The notes under the pieces were generated by a model, which was not told where the DNA came from, did no database searches, and worked only from the letters and a program-made list of their open reading frames with translations. The position numbers and the translations under genes were made by a program. Shown piece by piece: positions 48,563 to 57,793 of a stretch of DNA of 64,000 bases. Source of the stretch: an uncultured Candidatus Saccharibacteria bacterium. Lineage in GTDB: Bacteria; Patescibacteriota; Andersenbacteria; UBA10190. Numbering within the stretch: position 1 is the stretch's first letter; each line of letters begins with the position of its first letter. The stretch covers positions 5,379-69,378 of the forward strand of contig CAYVFG010000002.1 of the NCBI GenBank assembly GCA_964450915.1. The letters run 5' to 3'.

Positions 48563-49734
48563 ATTGCCATGATATATGCTAATACTTTTTCACTAGCCGT
48601 GCCGTCTGTTGTTGTAATCATTTTCTTGACTGTAATAGCGCGGTTAGACTGTTTCTCAGTTGGGTTTGTAAGCGACATTGCGATATCTTCTACTAGTTGC
48701 TTTGACGATGTTGCTATATGCGTTGCTCCGTCAGAAACTAGGTCGGCATAATGCTGTTGAAAATCTCGATAGACCATGCTTCTGTACCAGTTCCACCAGT
48801 CAAACTTTATTCCATATTTAGCGTTCACAATCGGAATGTCTGCAATCATAGATTCTAATGCAACAGTCGAAGAATGATTCACAAGCACGCCCGCGTGCAT
48901 GAACACGCCAATCAAAAAATAAATATCTTGTTCCGTAGGGGAGTATCGAAACGATTGCAGAGAAATACCTTCTTTTCTGCCCGGAGAAAATCTCACCGTA
49001 ACGCCATATTGATTGAAATTTTCATATTTTTCCAATACTCCTCCCGGATGCACCGATGCATACAAGTAGGGATTGTTCGGGATTTTTTTCTCATCGATGC
49101 CGTTTTTAATTTCTTTCACAATGTATTCCATCGGATATAGCTCCGTAGTTGCAATATGGATAAATGGTCTGAGTAAATCCGTAAAACCAAAAGCGCCGTA
49201 TACTGTTTCTTTGTTCGCAATCTTATCTGTATGTGCAAAGTAATCCATGCGCGGAGCGCCGATGATTGCAATGCGATCTTCCAAGACTTCTGGAAATACT
49301 CGCATTAAGTGTTCTTTCATCATGCTATTCCAGACAACGAATCGATCTGCGATCGCAACAGGGATATTATTTTTCAATAGTCGTTCTATCTTCCATACGT
49401 TGTCCCAACTTGCGATAAACGTTACTGTTGCAATATTCATTTTCTTTGCAATACGAAGAATGGGTTCGTCGAGAGCATCATGACCAACCGTATTAGTAAT
49501 CACCCGATCTGGCTGAATTGCGGAAAATAATTCTGTATGCTCAGCATCGTTTTTTGGATTTTCGTGAAAGATAAACTTCTGCCCAAATTCCGGAAATACT
49601 TGGTCAGATATGCTTGCAGCAGGGGTTATAATATGCACTTCTGCAATATCGTTTTGTGCCTCTAGGTGCCGTCGCAATGGTAATACAAGCTCTCGTATAT
49701 GATATCCGCTCGGTACGGAAAATAGCAGTTTCAT
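48559..49734 (-). CDS. GT-B protein, CDP-glycerol glycerophosphotransferase (TagF)-like
   Basis: SWDN, GAPRMD, VHP, SSTVALES, DGTASEKV. Confidence 0.65.
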   Translation of the reverse strand: MKLLFSVPSGYHIRELVLPLRRHLEAQNDIAEVHIITPAASISDQVFPEFGQKFIFHENPKNDAEHTELFSAIQPDRVITNTVGHDALDEPILRIAKKMNIATVTFIASWDNVWKIERLLKNNIPVAIADRFVVWNSMMKEHLMRVFPEVLEDRIAIIGAPRMDYFAHTDKIANKETVYGAFGFTDLLRPFIHIATTELYPMEYIVKEIKNGIDEKKIPNNPYLYASVHPGGVLEKYENFNQYGVTVRFSPGRKEGISLQSFRYSPTEQDIYFLIGVFMHAGVLVNHSSTVALESMIADIPIVNAKYGIKFDWWNWYRSMVYRDFQQHYADLVSDGATHIATSSKQLVEDIAMSLTNPTEKQSNRAITVKKMITTTDGTASEKVLAYIMAI

Positions 49735-51872
49735 GGCTTTATAGTGGCACGTTTTGCCCTTTTTCGCAATAACGCAATTACGAGCGCGCCACAGGTGGCA
49801 AGCGATACAAATGCGCCAATTCTAATGGTTGTTTGCCTGTATTTCATCACAATGTCGTGACGACCTGCTGGCACTTGAATACTTCTAAAAAAGAGCGGCG
49901 ATTTTTGAATTAGCACTTCTTTACCATCAACATACGCGTGCCAATTTGGATAGTAGGCATCACGAACTATGAGCGTAGTATCCGAGATTGAATTTGTTTG
50001 TAATGCTAACTGCGATGGCCCTTCGGAAATAAGCTGCACCGCCCCAGAGGATAGTTCAAATCTCGGTTTTGGATGCAATGCTTGGATAGACACTTGGGTA
50101 CTAGGTTCTTGCGCAAGCACAGCGCCAATATTTAATTCGCGTGCCAATTCCATATTTTCTATTTCATTGGGATTATTCGGATGCAATTGCGACGTTGCAT
50201 TGGTTACCTCTTGCATATCAAGCGATGCCGGCCATTCGACGCCGTATATCCCAAACTGCGCGGACATCATGGGTAATAGCAAGTTTTTCTGTTGCTCGCG
50301 AATTGCAGTATTTGCACGAGACGATGGGTCTGTAAAATATGCTCCCGTATCCCCGCCATCCCGCAGAGCATACACGCGGGCTTGGTGCGCTATAACATTT
50401 TGAGGTAATTGCTGTATAGTTGCGGGTGACTGCAAAATAGATTGCCAGGGAAGAGTCGGGGTCGTCGTATATGCAATAATTACGAGATCTAGGGCAGATA
50501 GAATAAGAATGATTTTTCTGCCGCGCTTATGGCCGATGGCAAACGGCAATGCAATAAGGGAAATAATTGCAATTGACGTGTACGGCGAGGCGAGAGAAAC
50601 ACTCGAAACTTTTGCGCTTGCAAACATCGATTGCAATTTAGTCAAAGATGGCATTGGTGCGAAAAATAAAGCAATATTTGCAATGAATATTGCAGCAAGA
50701 ATAATTCCAGATGCGGCTGCAAAAAGCTTCTGCGCAGATTTACCATTTTTCCATACCGCATCAAATCCGAGTCCTGCGAATATGCTCAGCGAAAATGTTG
50801 TAAATAATAGCCAACGAGCAGGGGCGGAGAAAATCCACAACGACGGCTCTATCTGAAGCAGTCGAAACGGGGATAGTGAACCGAGAGCTAGGAGAAAAGA
50901 TATGCTACCAAGCCATGTGAAAAATGTATTTGTTGGACGCTTTATCGCTACATACCAAGTTGCCAACATTAACGGAATCACCCCGATATAAAATCCATAT
51001 TCGATTTCTAGTCGCTTTCCCCAATACGTATTATCGTTGCCATAAAATCGTGGAAATAAAAGGGTTGGTAGGTTATAGATTGGGTAGCTGAATTGATTCG
51101 CCGTTGTAACATTAAATGCGCCACCAGTACCCCTACTGGATAGTTTTGATAATTCATACGTTGGAAATAATTGGATAGCAGAAAACAAAAAAACGCCGAG
51201 GGCAATAATTATTATGGGCACTGCGGTGCGCAATAGAGCCCCTCCTCTTCCTTTTACTTGCAAATACGCCCCGTACGCCAATCCAACTGCCATCATGAGA
51301 AATGGAATTTGAATTTGGCCGATCAAGAATGGAATGGCGAATAAAAGAACTAGCACGGCAATATTTTTTGGAGATATTTTTTGCTTAGAGAATATAATAT
51401 GCACTGCAAGCATCTGCCACGGGAACCACGCAACTGCCAAGAAAATATTCAGGTGTGTTTCGTGCTGCCATACGAATTGCGATAACGAAAAAGAAAGCGC
51501 CGTCAGCGCGCTTGCTTCTTTGGACATGCCGAGTTTGCGCGCAAATAGAAACGTTCCGATTGCAAGCATCGCCACATGCAATACAAGCGCAAGCGGAAGC
51601 TCGAGCGACACAGGAAATAAGCGAAGCAAGAATAAAACAGGATAAAAAAATCCGATTTGGGCGGCTGCGATAACCGGGAATCCAAACGATACCGCAGGAT
51701 CCCAGGCAGGAATATGACCCTTGAGTTCTTCTGTATGGAAAAAAGATTCTAACGGGATAAACACGTCTCTCATATCGCCGATTGCAGGATACTGGTTAAA
51801 TAAAAACGGCAAAAAGGGGAGAAGTGCTACCAGAGGAACAACAATCAGCCATGTATTCGCTTTCATATACAT
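49731..51872 (-). CDS. YfhO-like GT-C membrane glycosyltransferase
   Basis: PAWDP...GFP, HLN, GQIQ, FYIG, YYPNW.AYVDG, VPAGRHDIVMKY; start ambiguous among 51878, 51872 and 51866. Confidence 0.85.
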   Translation of the reverse strand: MYMKANTWLIVVPLVALLPFLPFLFNQYPAIGDMRDVFIPLESFFHTEELKGHIPAWDPAVSFGFPVIAAAQIGFFYPVLFLLRLFPVSLELPLALVLHVAMLAIGTFLFARKLGMSKEASALTALSFSLSQFVWQHETHLNIFLAVAWFPWQMLAVHIIFSKQKISPKNIAVLVLLFAIPFLIGQIQIPFLMMAVGLAYGAYLQVKGRGGALLRTAVPIIIIALGVFLFSAIQLFPTYELSKLSSRGTGGAFNVTTANQFSYPIYNLPTLLFPRFYGNDNTYWGKRLEIEYGFYIGVIPLMLATWYVAIKRPTNTFFTWLGSISFLLALGSLSPFRLLQIEPSLWIFSAPARWLLFTTFSLSIFAGLGFDAVWKNGKSAQKLFAAASGIILAAIFIANIALFFAPMPSLTKLQSMFASAKVSSVSLASPYTSIAIISLIALPFAIGHKRGRKIILILSALDLVIIAYTTTPTLPWQSILQSPATIQQLPQNVIAHQARVYALRDGGDTGAYFTDPSSRANTAIREQQKNLLLPMMSAQFGIYGVEWPASLDMQEVTNATSQLHPNNPNEIENMELARELNIGAVLAQEPSTQVSIQALHPKPRFELSSGAVQLISEGPSQLALQTNSISDTTLIVRDAYYPNWHAYVDGKEVLIQKSPLFFRSIQVPAGRHDIVMKYRQTTIRIGAFVSLATCGALVIALLRKRAKRATIKP

Positions 51873-51900
51873 GACCATAGTATCTCATTGGCGTGTAAAT

Positions 51901-51932
51901 AATAAAAGCGCAGATGCGTTAGTTCTGCGCTT
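51901..51932 (-). terminator. Intrinsic terminator
   Basis: Minus strand AAGCGCAGA-9 nt-TCTGCGCTT followed by TTATT. Confidence 0.75.
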
Positions 51933-51943
51933 GTGGTTATCGT

Positions 51944-52096
51944 TTACTCCTTGTGATTAAGCGGCCTCCTTGCTTCGTTCGTGTGGCTACACTGCACGCC
52001 ACTCGGGTCTCGCACGGTTTCGGTGCACTGGACTCGAATAAGCGTTAAGCCAATCTGCTCTTTTGCCTCCCAACGATCTCTTTGCTGCCTGCTCAT
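51944..52096 (-). CDS. 50-aa Cys/His small protein (not in ORF track)
   Basis: MSRQQRDRWEAKEQIGLTLIRVQCTETVRDPSGVQCSHTNEARRPLNHKE; SD AAAGGG, promoter and terminator flank it. Confidence 0.6.
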   Translation of the reverse strand: MSRQQRDRWEAKEQIGLTLIRVQCTETVRDPSGVQCSHTNEARRPLNHKE

Positions 52097-52141
52097 ATCG
52101 GCCCTTTAAAGTACAAAAAACTCAAACTCCACCAGAGCAAT

Positions 52142-52170
52142 ATGATAAGCTAGAACTATCTAATTGTCAA
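52142..52170 (-). promoter_or_regulatory. Sigma70-type promoter starting immediately after the upstream stop codon
   Basis: TAA-TTGACA(52170-52165)-17 nt-TATCAT(52147-52142). Confidence 0.8.
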
Positions 52171-52875
52171 TTACCCAAATAGCCGTAACTTCCAAACCAA
52201 CAAGAATGCTTCACGGATAATGGCCTTGCTCATCTTAGATTGGCCTTCTCTGCGTTCCGTAAAAATAATGGGCACTTCTTTTATTTTTTTCTTCATCTTC
52301 CATGTTCGATGATTCATTTCTACTTGAAAACCATATCCATCAGCGCGCACGGTTGAGAGGTTAAGTGCTCTGAGTGTTTCTGCGCGCCATGACTTGAATC
52401 CTCCCGTTACATCCTTATAGGGCATACCTGTAATAGCGCTTGCATATACATTGCCGAAGACGCTAATAAGCAATCTGGGTAATGGCCAGTTAATAACACT
52501 GATACCGTGCGAGTATCGGGAGCCGATTACTAAATCCGCCTCTTGTAATCCGTGCAATAAACGAGAAACGTCTTTCGGGTCATGGGAAAAATCAGCATCC
52601 ATTTGAACGATAGCGTCAGCCCCGTGTTCTAAGGCATACGTAAACGCATGCACATATGCTGCGCCTAGCCCTTGTTTTTTCTCTCGGACAATAAGATGCA
52701 ATAAGGGATATGTTTCTTGCAATGCTCGAACAATATTCTGTGTACCATCCGGAGAATTATCATCCACAATCAGCACGCTCAAATTTGGAATATTCTGAGC
52801 GAACAGATCATGAATCATCTGATCAATATTTCCTTTTTCGTTATATGTTGGAATGACGACCCACGGTGATTTCAT
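52171..52875 (-). CDS. Polyprenol monophosphomannose synthase (DPM1/Ppm1-like GT2)
   Basis: IPTYNEKGNI, DDNSPDGT, GLGAAY, MDADFSH, GYGFQVEM, ERREGQSKM. Confidence 0.92.
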   Translation of the reverse strand: MKSPWVVIPTYNEKGNIDQMIHDLFAQNIPNLSVLIVDDNSPDGTQNIVRALQETYPLLHLIVREKKQGLGAAYVHAFTYALEHGADAIVQMDADFSHDPKDVSRLLHGLQEADLVIGSRYSHGISVINWPLPRLLISVFGNVYASAITGMPYKDVTGGFKSWRAETLRALNLSTVRADGYGFQVEMNHRTWKMKKKIKEVPIIFTERREGQSKMSKAIIREAFLLVWKLRLFG

Positions 52876-53927
52876 ATAGCTGGATTATGCACCATATCGG
52901 TCAACACTGCCATAATTTCATCTACCGTAATGACGGATAGACAGCTTTTTGTAGCTTGCTTGCCTGGCATATTCCAGTCAATATAGCCCTGATTTTTCCA
53001 TTCTTGGGACGTGAGATTAATCTGCGTAGACCCTTCTTTTAAAAAGCCCATTTTATAACCCGTAGGCCCAAGCAATGTGCGATGTTTTTTTGCATCATCG
53101 GCAATATATTCATTCAAGAAATATGCCGGATCCGCTCGATGCAAAGGCTGGTCGCAAATAAGGGTAATCACTGGCAAACCCACTGCTGCCGCAAAGTGCA
53201 ACGGACCAGAAAGCACGCCGATAGCGGCATCGCAATAGGTAAGTGTTGCAATATTTTCACGCAACGTAAGCGGGCGGCCCTGATACTCATGGACATATTT
53301 GCCGCCAAACCAAATCGGTGGAGCGCCGTATGTTGAGGTAATTCGTTGCTCTAATGCAGAAATCCTGTCAGCATTCCAACCTCGAGTCGTTCTCCCTTCA
53401 AGTCCCTCAAGCAGCACTATTCTTGGGTGCGGATATTTACTCATTACTTCTCGAGCAACTGCGCGATCATCCTCAGATAGGTATAGCTTATAATTCGTAT
53501 TAGATTCTTCCGGCAATTCCACCACGTCATACATTTTTTTCATCGGATTTTCATCTTGCTCAATGCCTAAATCTAATTCATATACGCCGTCGTACTTATT
53601 CGACGACTTTTCTTGCTCATAATACTTCTTGCTCCACGTAGGAATACGGCGCCCCTCTTCTATGCATATCGACCCGGAAAGCGACATATGCTTTTCATCA
53701 AAATGCACCAGTGTATCGATATGGGGATTTTCCAGCATGAGAGCGATGCAAAAACCGCTTTGATTCCTCTTCCCATAGAGATTCTTCTTATTTTTAAATC
53801 CCCAAGCAGTAACAAATGTAATGTGGCAATCCGGATATTTCTTTTTTAACGTTTCAAGTATCGGGGGGACGAAGAAGACCATATCGCCCATGTTTCCTAC
53901 ATGTTTAATAAGAAATTTTTTACTCAT
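52872..53927 (-). CDS. GT9-like glycosyltransferase
   Basis: GNMGD....P, ENPHID, SGPLHFAAAVGLP, CLSVITVDE. Confidence 0.75.
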   Translation of the reverse strand: MSKKFLIKHVGNMGDMVFFVPPILETLKKKYPDCHITFVTAWGFKNKKNLYGKRNQSGFCIALMLENPHIDTLVHFDEKHMSLSGSICIEEGRRIPTWSKKYYEQEKSSNKYDGVYELDLGIEQDENPMKKMYDVVELPEESNTNYKLYLSEDDRAVAREVMSKYPHPRIVLLEGLEGRTTRGWNADRISALEQRITSTYGAPPIWFGGKYVHEYQGRPLTLRENIATLTYCDAAIGVLSGPLHFAAAVGLPVITLICDQPLHRADPAYFLNEYIADDAKKHRTLLGPTGYKMGFLKEGSTQINLTSQEWKNQGYIDWNMPGKQATKSCLSVITVDEIMAVLTDMVHNPAI

Positions 53928-55008
53928 GATGAATCGTTGAAGCTAATTCTTCTAACCGTTTTTTCGACTCCGCATAATTATACTTTTTCAGTCGCTCCTG
54001 AGCCGTCCGCACAACTTCGCTGTAATATGAATCATCTTGCAGCAACTGCGTGCCTTGCAATACAAGCTGTTCCAAAGCGGTTGTATCTGTTGCGGTTAAT
54101 TTAGGGAATAAATCGTCCTGTCCGTCGGAATTTGCTCCGATACTCGGGGTGCCTACTGCGGCGCAGTCAACTTGGACACGGCCGCGAGTGAACGTATAAT
54201 CCGTATTAATTACGAGCATCGCTTTCGAAAGCATTTCTAAATGTTCTTGCCAGGGGGTAAACGGAATGATGTCGTATTGCGCACCTTTGAGCTCAGATAC
54301 ATCAAGTTCCATATCTTCGACAGCAGACATTTGGATTCGGTATTGTGGGAATTTTCCTTGTAACTTTTTTGCCACGACCTCTCCTAGTATGATATTTTTC
54401 CTATCTGTTACGCCTGCAACATAAATAACATTTCTCTTGTTATTTCTGGTTTTAAACTTTTGTGATGCAAATTCAACAGGATATGGTTGAGGCAAATATT
54501 CAACACGCACAGCGCCCGCAACTTCCTGCCAGGCATCCTTCGTACTCTCAACAATAGTTAAAAATATATCGCACTGCTGTATAAAGTGTATTATTTCTTG
54601 CTTCTTTTCCGGCGCGCTCTCCCATACATCTTTGAGAATCCCATACGGCTGAGTCGGCACGCCTAAAATCGTAATATCTGGATACGTTACACGAAGTTTT
54701 TTTAGAAAATTCACCATCTCATGCCCATCGCTTAGCTGATAAACAACCAGCAGAGTATCGAATTTTTCAAAATAGCTCATATCATAAGACGAAGGCCATG
54801 AACCGGTGAGGCGTTTCATAATTTTCCTGTATATACCCGGCATGAAATAGGTGAGGGGGATATGCTCTCCTTTCAGAGCTGACACGTAGCATCCAAAACT
54901 CGTCGGATCGATTTCTTTTATCGGATCGCATACGTAGTTTGGGCGAGCATCGCTATGGCGCCATATCTGCTTTGTTTTGCTTGAATATTCTACGACAGCG
55001 AAGTTCAT
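53920..55008 (-). CDS. Divergent GT-B (GT4-like) glycosyltransferase
   Basis: RKN and TRGRVQVDCAAVGTPSIG resemble the GT4 C-terminal nucleotide-binding motif. Confidence 0.55.
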   Translation of the reverse strand: MNFAVVEYSSKTKQIWRHSDARPNYVCDPIKEIDPTSFGCYVSALKGEHIPLTYFMPGIYRKIMKRLTGSWPSSYDMSYFEKFDTLLVVYQLSDGHEMVNFLKKLRVTYPDITILGVPTQPYGILKDVWESAPEKKQEIIHFIQQCDIFLTIVESTKDAWQEVAGAVRVEYLPQPYPVEFASQKFKTRNNKRNVIYVAGVTDRKNIILGEVVAKKLQGKFPQYRIQMSAVEDMELDVSELKGAQYDIIPFTPWQEHLEMLSKAMLVINTDYTFTRGRVQVDCAAVGTPSIGANSDGQDDLFPKLTATDTTALEQLVLQGTQLLQDDSYYSEVVRTAQERLKKYNYAESKKRLEELASTIHHE

Positions 55009-56555
55009 ACTGTTTTTTTCTTATATATTTTTGCCGTAATAATATCAATAACCTCATGCATCTCTTCCAATTTCCATGCATACGCACAAACACTGTATAT
55101 AACGATTCCTACGACAAGCGGAATGGCTATTTCGACAGCGCTATTAAATGCAACGAATGGTCGAATTGCCCAAACGGCTGCACATGCAACTGCCGTAATG
55201 ATAATTATTTTCACGTATGCGATGTGCTTAAAAATATAATGCAGTCCAGAAATAGACTTCGTAAGATACAGGTAGTAGAGAAAAGCTGACGATAGGGGAA
55301 CAAGAGATGACGCAAGCGCTAATCCTGCAACGCCCATATGGGGCACAAGCAACGCAAACAATGCCATTGCTACAACTTGCGATGCAATAGTAACAGCAAC
55401 GGCGGTGCGGGTTTGCTTAAGCGCTAAAATTGCGTGTCCGAGTACGGAGCTAATTCCTGTTGTAGTAAGACCGAGAACGAGATAGAGCAGTGCAAGGCTG
55501 GTAAGGTTCGCATCGGTATCGGTGAAAGATCCGTGATGATAAATAACGTCGACGATAGGGTGACGCAATAATGCTACCGTAATAATGAGCGGGAGCGTCG
55601 TAAATACTATCAACCTCATTGACCTGCCGATCGTTGTTCGCATGCCGGCAGTATCCAACGTGCTGGCCTTTTCGGAAAGCAGGGGATAAATAACGAGCGT
55701 TACCGAGTTGATAAATATAATAGTTATTAATTGAGTGATTTTTTCTGCAAACTTAAGCGCAGACAAACTTCCTTCTTCCAAACCAGAAACCAATACTCTG
55801 TATACAAGCCCTGCGCCCTGCGTCGCAATAACGGAGAATATAAACGGATACACAAGATGAAACAGCGAACGCAGCGCCGGATCTTTAAGCCGTACAAAAA
55901 ATCGATACCGCATGCCTTCTTTGAGCAATCCCCACACAAGAAGGCCGAGCTGGACGATTGAACCTACAACAACGCCTACGGCGAGAGCGTAGATGCCGAT
56001 ACTGTGAACAAATAGCATAATACATAGAATGGATATGCTTGGAGCAACGATTCGGAGCAATGCCGGCAATCCAAAATGTTTCAGCGATTGCAGCATCGAT
56101 GTGGCAAATTCGACCATGAATAAAAAGAAAAAAGACGGCAATAAAACTTGCAGTAGGTGAGACGTAAGCTGAGTAGTTGCAGAATCAAACCCAGGCGCTA
56201 TAAGACGCACAAATTGCGTGCTGAAGAAAAATACAATTGAAATTAAAATAATATATATAAGCCCTATCGTATTCGTAATATTGAGCGCTAAATCCCACGC
56301 GCCTTGTTTATTGTTCTTGGTTAATCGATCGATGAATAGCGGAATGAAAATTGCAGTGACGGATCCGCCCATGAGCATCTTTGAGAGCAAATCGGATGTT
56401 GATTGCGCCATAAAGAATGCATCCGTTTGATGACCTGCACCGTAGTAATACGCGACTATGAGCTGCAGTACGAATCCGAACAGCGCACCAAGAGATGCCG
56501 TTATTCCGATAATGCCTGCATTTTTTGCAGTGTGCTGGAATTCGCTTTTGCTCAT
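55005..56555 (-). CDS. murJ: MurJ/MviN-family lipid-linked glycan flippase
   Basis: AYYYGAG..TDAF, AIFIP.F, IAPGF, HGSFT..D, GLALASS. Confidence 0.85.
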   Translation of the reverse strand: MSKSEFQHTAKNAGIIGITASLGALFGFVLQLIVAYYYGAGHQTDAFFMAQSTSDLLSKMLMGGSVTAIFIPLFIDRLTKNNKQGAWDLALNITNTIGLIYIILISIVFFFSTQFVRLIAPGFDSATTQLTSHLLQVLLPSFFFLFMVEFATSMLQSLKHFGLPALLRIVAPSISILCIMLFVHSIGIYALAVGVVVGSIVQLGLLVWGLLKEGMRYRFFVRLKDPALRSLFHLVYPFIFSVIATQGAGLVYRVLVSGLEEGSLSALKFAEKITQLITIIFINSVTLVIYPLLSEKASTLDTAGMRTTIGRSMRLIVFTTLPLIITVALLRHPIVDVIYHHGSFTDTDANLTSLALLYLVLGLTTTGISSVLGHAILALKQTRTAVAVTIASQVVAMALFALLVPHMGVAGLALASSLVPLSSAFLYYLYLTKSISGLHYIFKHIAYVKIIIITAVACAAVWAIRPFVAFNSAVEIAIPLVVGIVIYSVCAYAWKLEEMHEVIDIITAKIYKKKTV

Positions 56556-57793
56556 AGCGGAGCTCCGTATGCAAGCGTTACAGAAGCTACATGCATAAAA
56601 TCAAGCAACGCAATAATTACCAGCAACGCAAGAAAAACTTGTACAAAACGATCGTTTTTACCAATAAATTGCTGCATCTTATGCAATCCAAGCGACGCAA
56701 ACCATGCAATGCACCATGCTACAGGAATCCATGCACCCAAAGATAACGTTATAAGCAATGCAACGCCCACGAACAGATCAATGACCACTCTATTGCGAGT
56801 AGTTCTAGTAAGGCAATAGAGCAATACGGCAATCCCAATACAAGCAAAAAATATGGCAAAGAATCCGACGTATGCGCCAGCGGCATGAGAAACCTTGATT
56901 TGATTCGGATCAATGAGAGCGTCCTTGAAAGATAACTTCGTAATTGCGGTATGTGTTGCAACCAGGGCTAACGGTAGCCACGTCGAACACGCGACAATGC
57001 ATGCTCCAAAGAGTGCGGACAAGCGCGATCTGCCAACAATGCGAAACACCCACCATGCTATCAGCAATACCCCGAATACGAGTAGGCCATATAGGGCCAT
57101 GCTTGTCGTACTCCCAATAGCAGACAGTCCCTGCAATCCGGCAATGGCAATAAGAAGAAGGTGATCGCGCAAGAGTGGGCGCCTTTGCAGGAATGGAAAT
57201 GCAATGAGGGCAAGCCCTGCTAGCACAACGATTCCGCCAACTTGCTTAATGAGCGCTGGATGCAATACTTCATCTGCCGTATATGCAAAGGGATACTGTT
57301 GCGGCGCCCCATCAATGAAAAAGTGAACCTCTTCTCCGGAAAAATCGTTATCGAATGTCCTATTTCTAAGCGCAATGTCCGTTGAAATAGAATCTGAAAC
57401 CGTTACATGAATGCGAAGAGTTTCATCCTGAGCGCTTGCAACAGGATGATCAAATATAAACTGGGTGGGAACAGTTTGATCGATATATAGCGAATTAACA
57501 GTTGCAGTCTCCAGCACAGTGTCGCCGCGCATCAGCTGAAGAGTAATAATTCCTGTGTGATGCAATAACGGATGCAGAGGCAGGAAATATATTCCTACTC
57601 GGGAAATAATTTTATTATGAATAACAGCATCTTGGTCATACGAAACACCTGCTTGCATCGGTACGAGATACTTCGACTCTTCAGTAGGAGTTAATTTTAT
57701 AAATTGCTCATCTGTTTTTATCGTGAAAAAAGAAGCCCCAAGCGCTATAAGAGCGATTCCGATTGCTAGCTTGATTATTCCCATCTTATTCAT
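56552..57793 (-). CDS. Membrane protein: beta-rich domain plus shortened YfhO-like TM region
   Basis: TM anchor, soluble domain, then SRLSALFGA and AYVGF segments; start at ATG57793 via ATGA coupling. Confidence 0.7.
   Translation of the reverse strand: MNKMGIIKLAIGIALIALGASFFTIKTDEQFIKLTPTEESKYLVPMQAGVSYDQDAVIHNKIISRVGIYFLPLHPLLHHTGIITLQLMRGDTVLETATVNSLYIDQTVPTQFIFDHPVASAQDETLRIHVTVSDSISTDIALRNRTFDNDFSGEEVHFFIDGAPQQYPFAYTADEVLHPALIKQVGGIVVLAGLALIAFPFLQRRPLLRDHLLLIAIAGLQGLSAIGSTTSMALYGLLVFGVLLIAWWVFRIVGRSRLSALFGACIVACSTWLPLALVATHTAITKLSFKDALIDPNQIKVSHAAGAYVGFFAIFFACIGIAVLLYCLTRTTRNRVVIDLFVGVALLITLSLGAWIPVAWCIAWFASLGLHKMQQFIGKNDRFVQVFLALLVIIALLDFMHVASVTLAYGAPL

Noticed and set aside
4013-52170. 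Integron attC sites bounding the guest cassettes
   Set aside because: The hairpins have U-tails typical of terminators, no RYYYAAC...GTTRRRY ends were recognised, and the cassettes carry their own promoters
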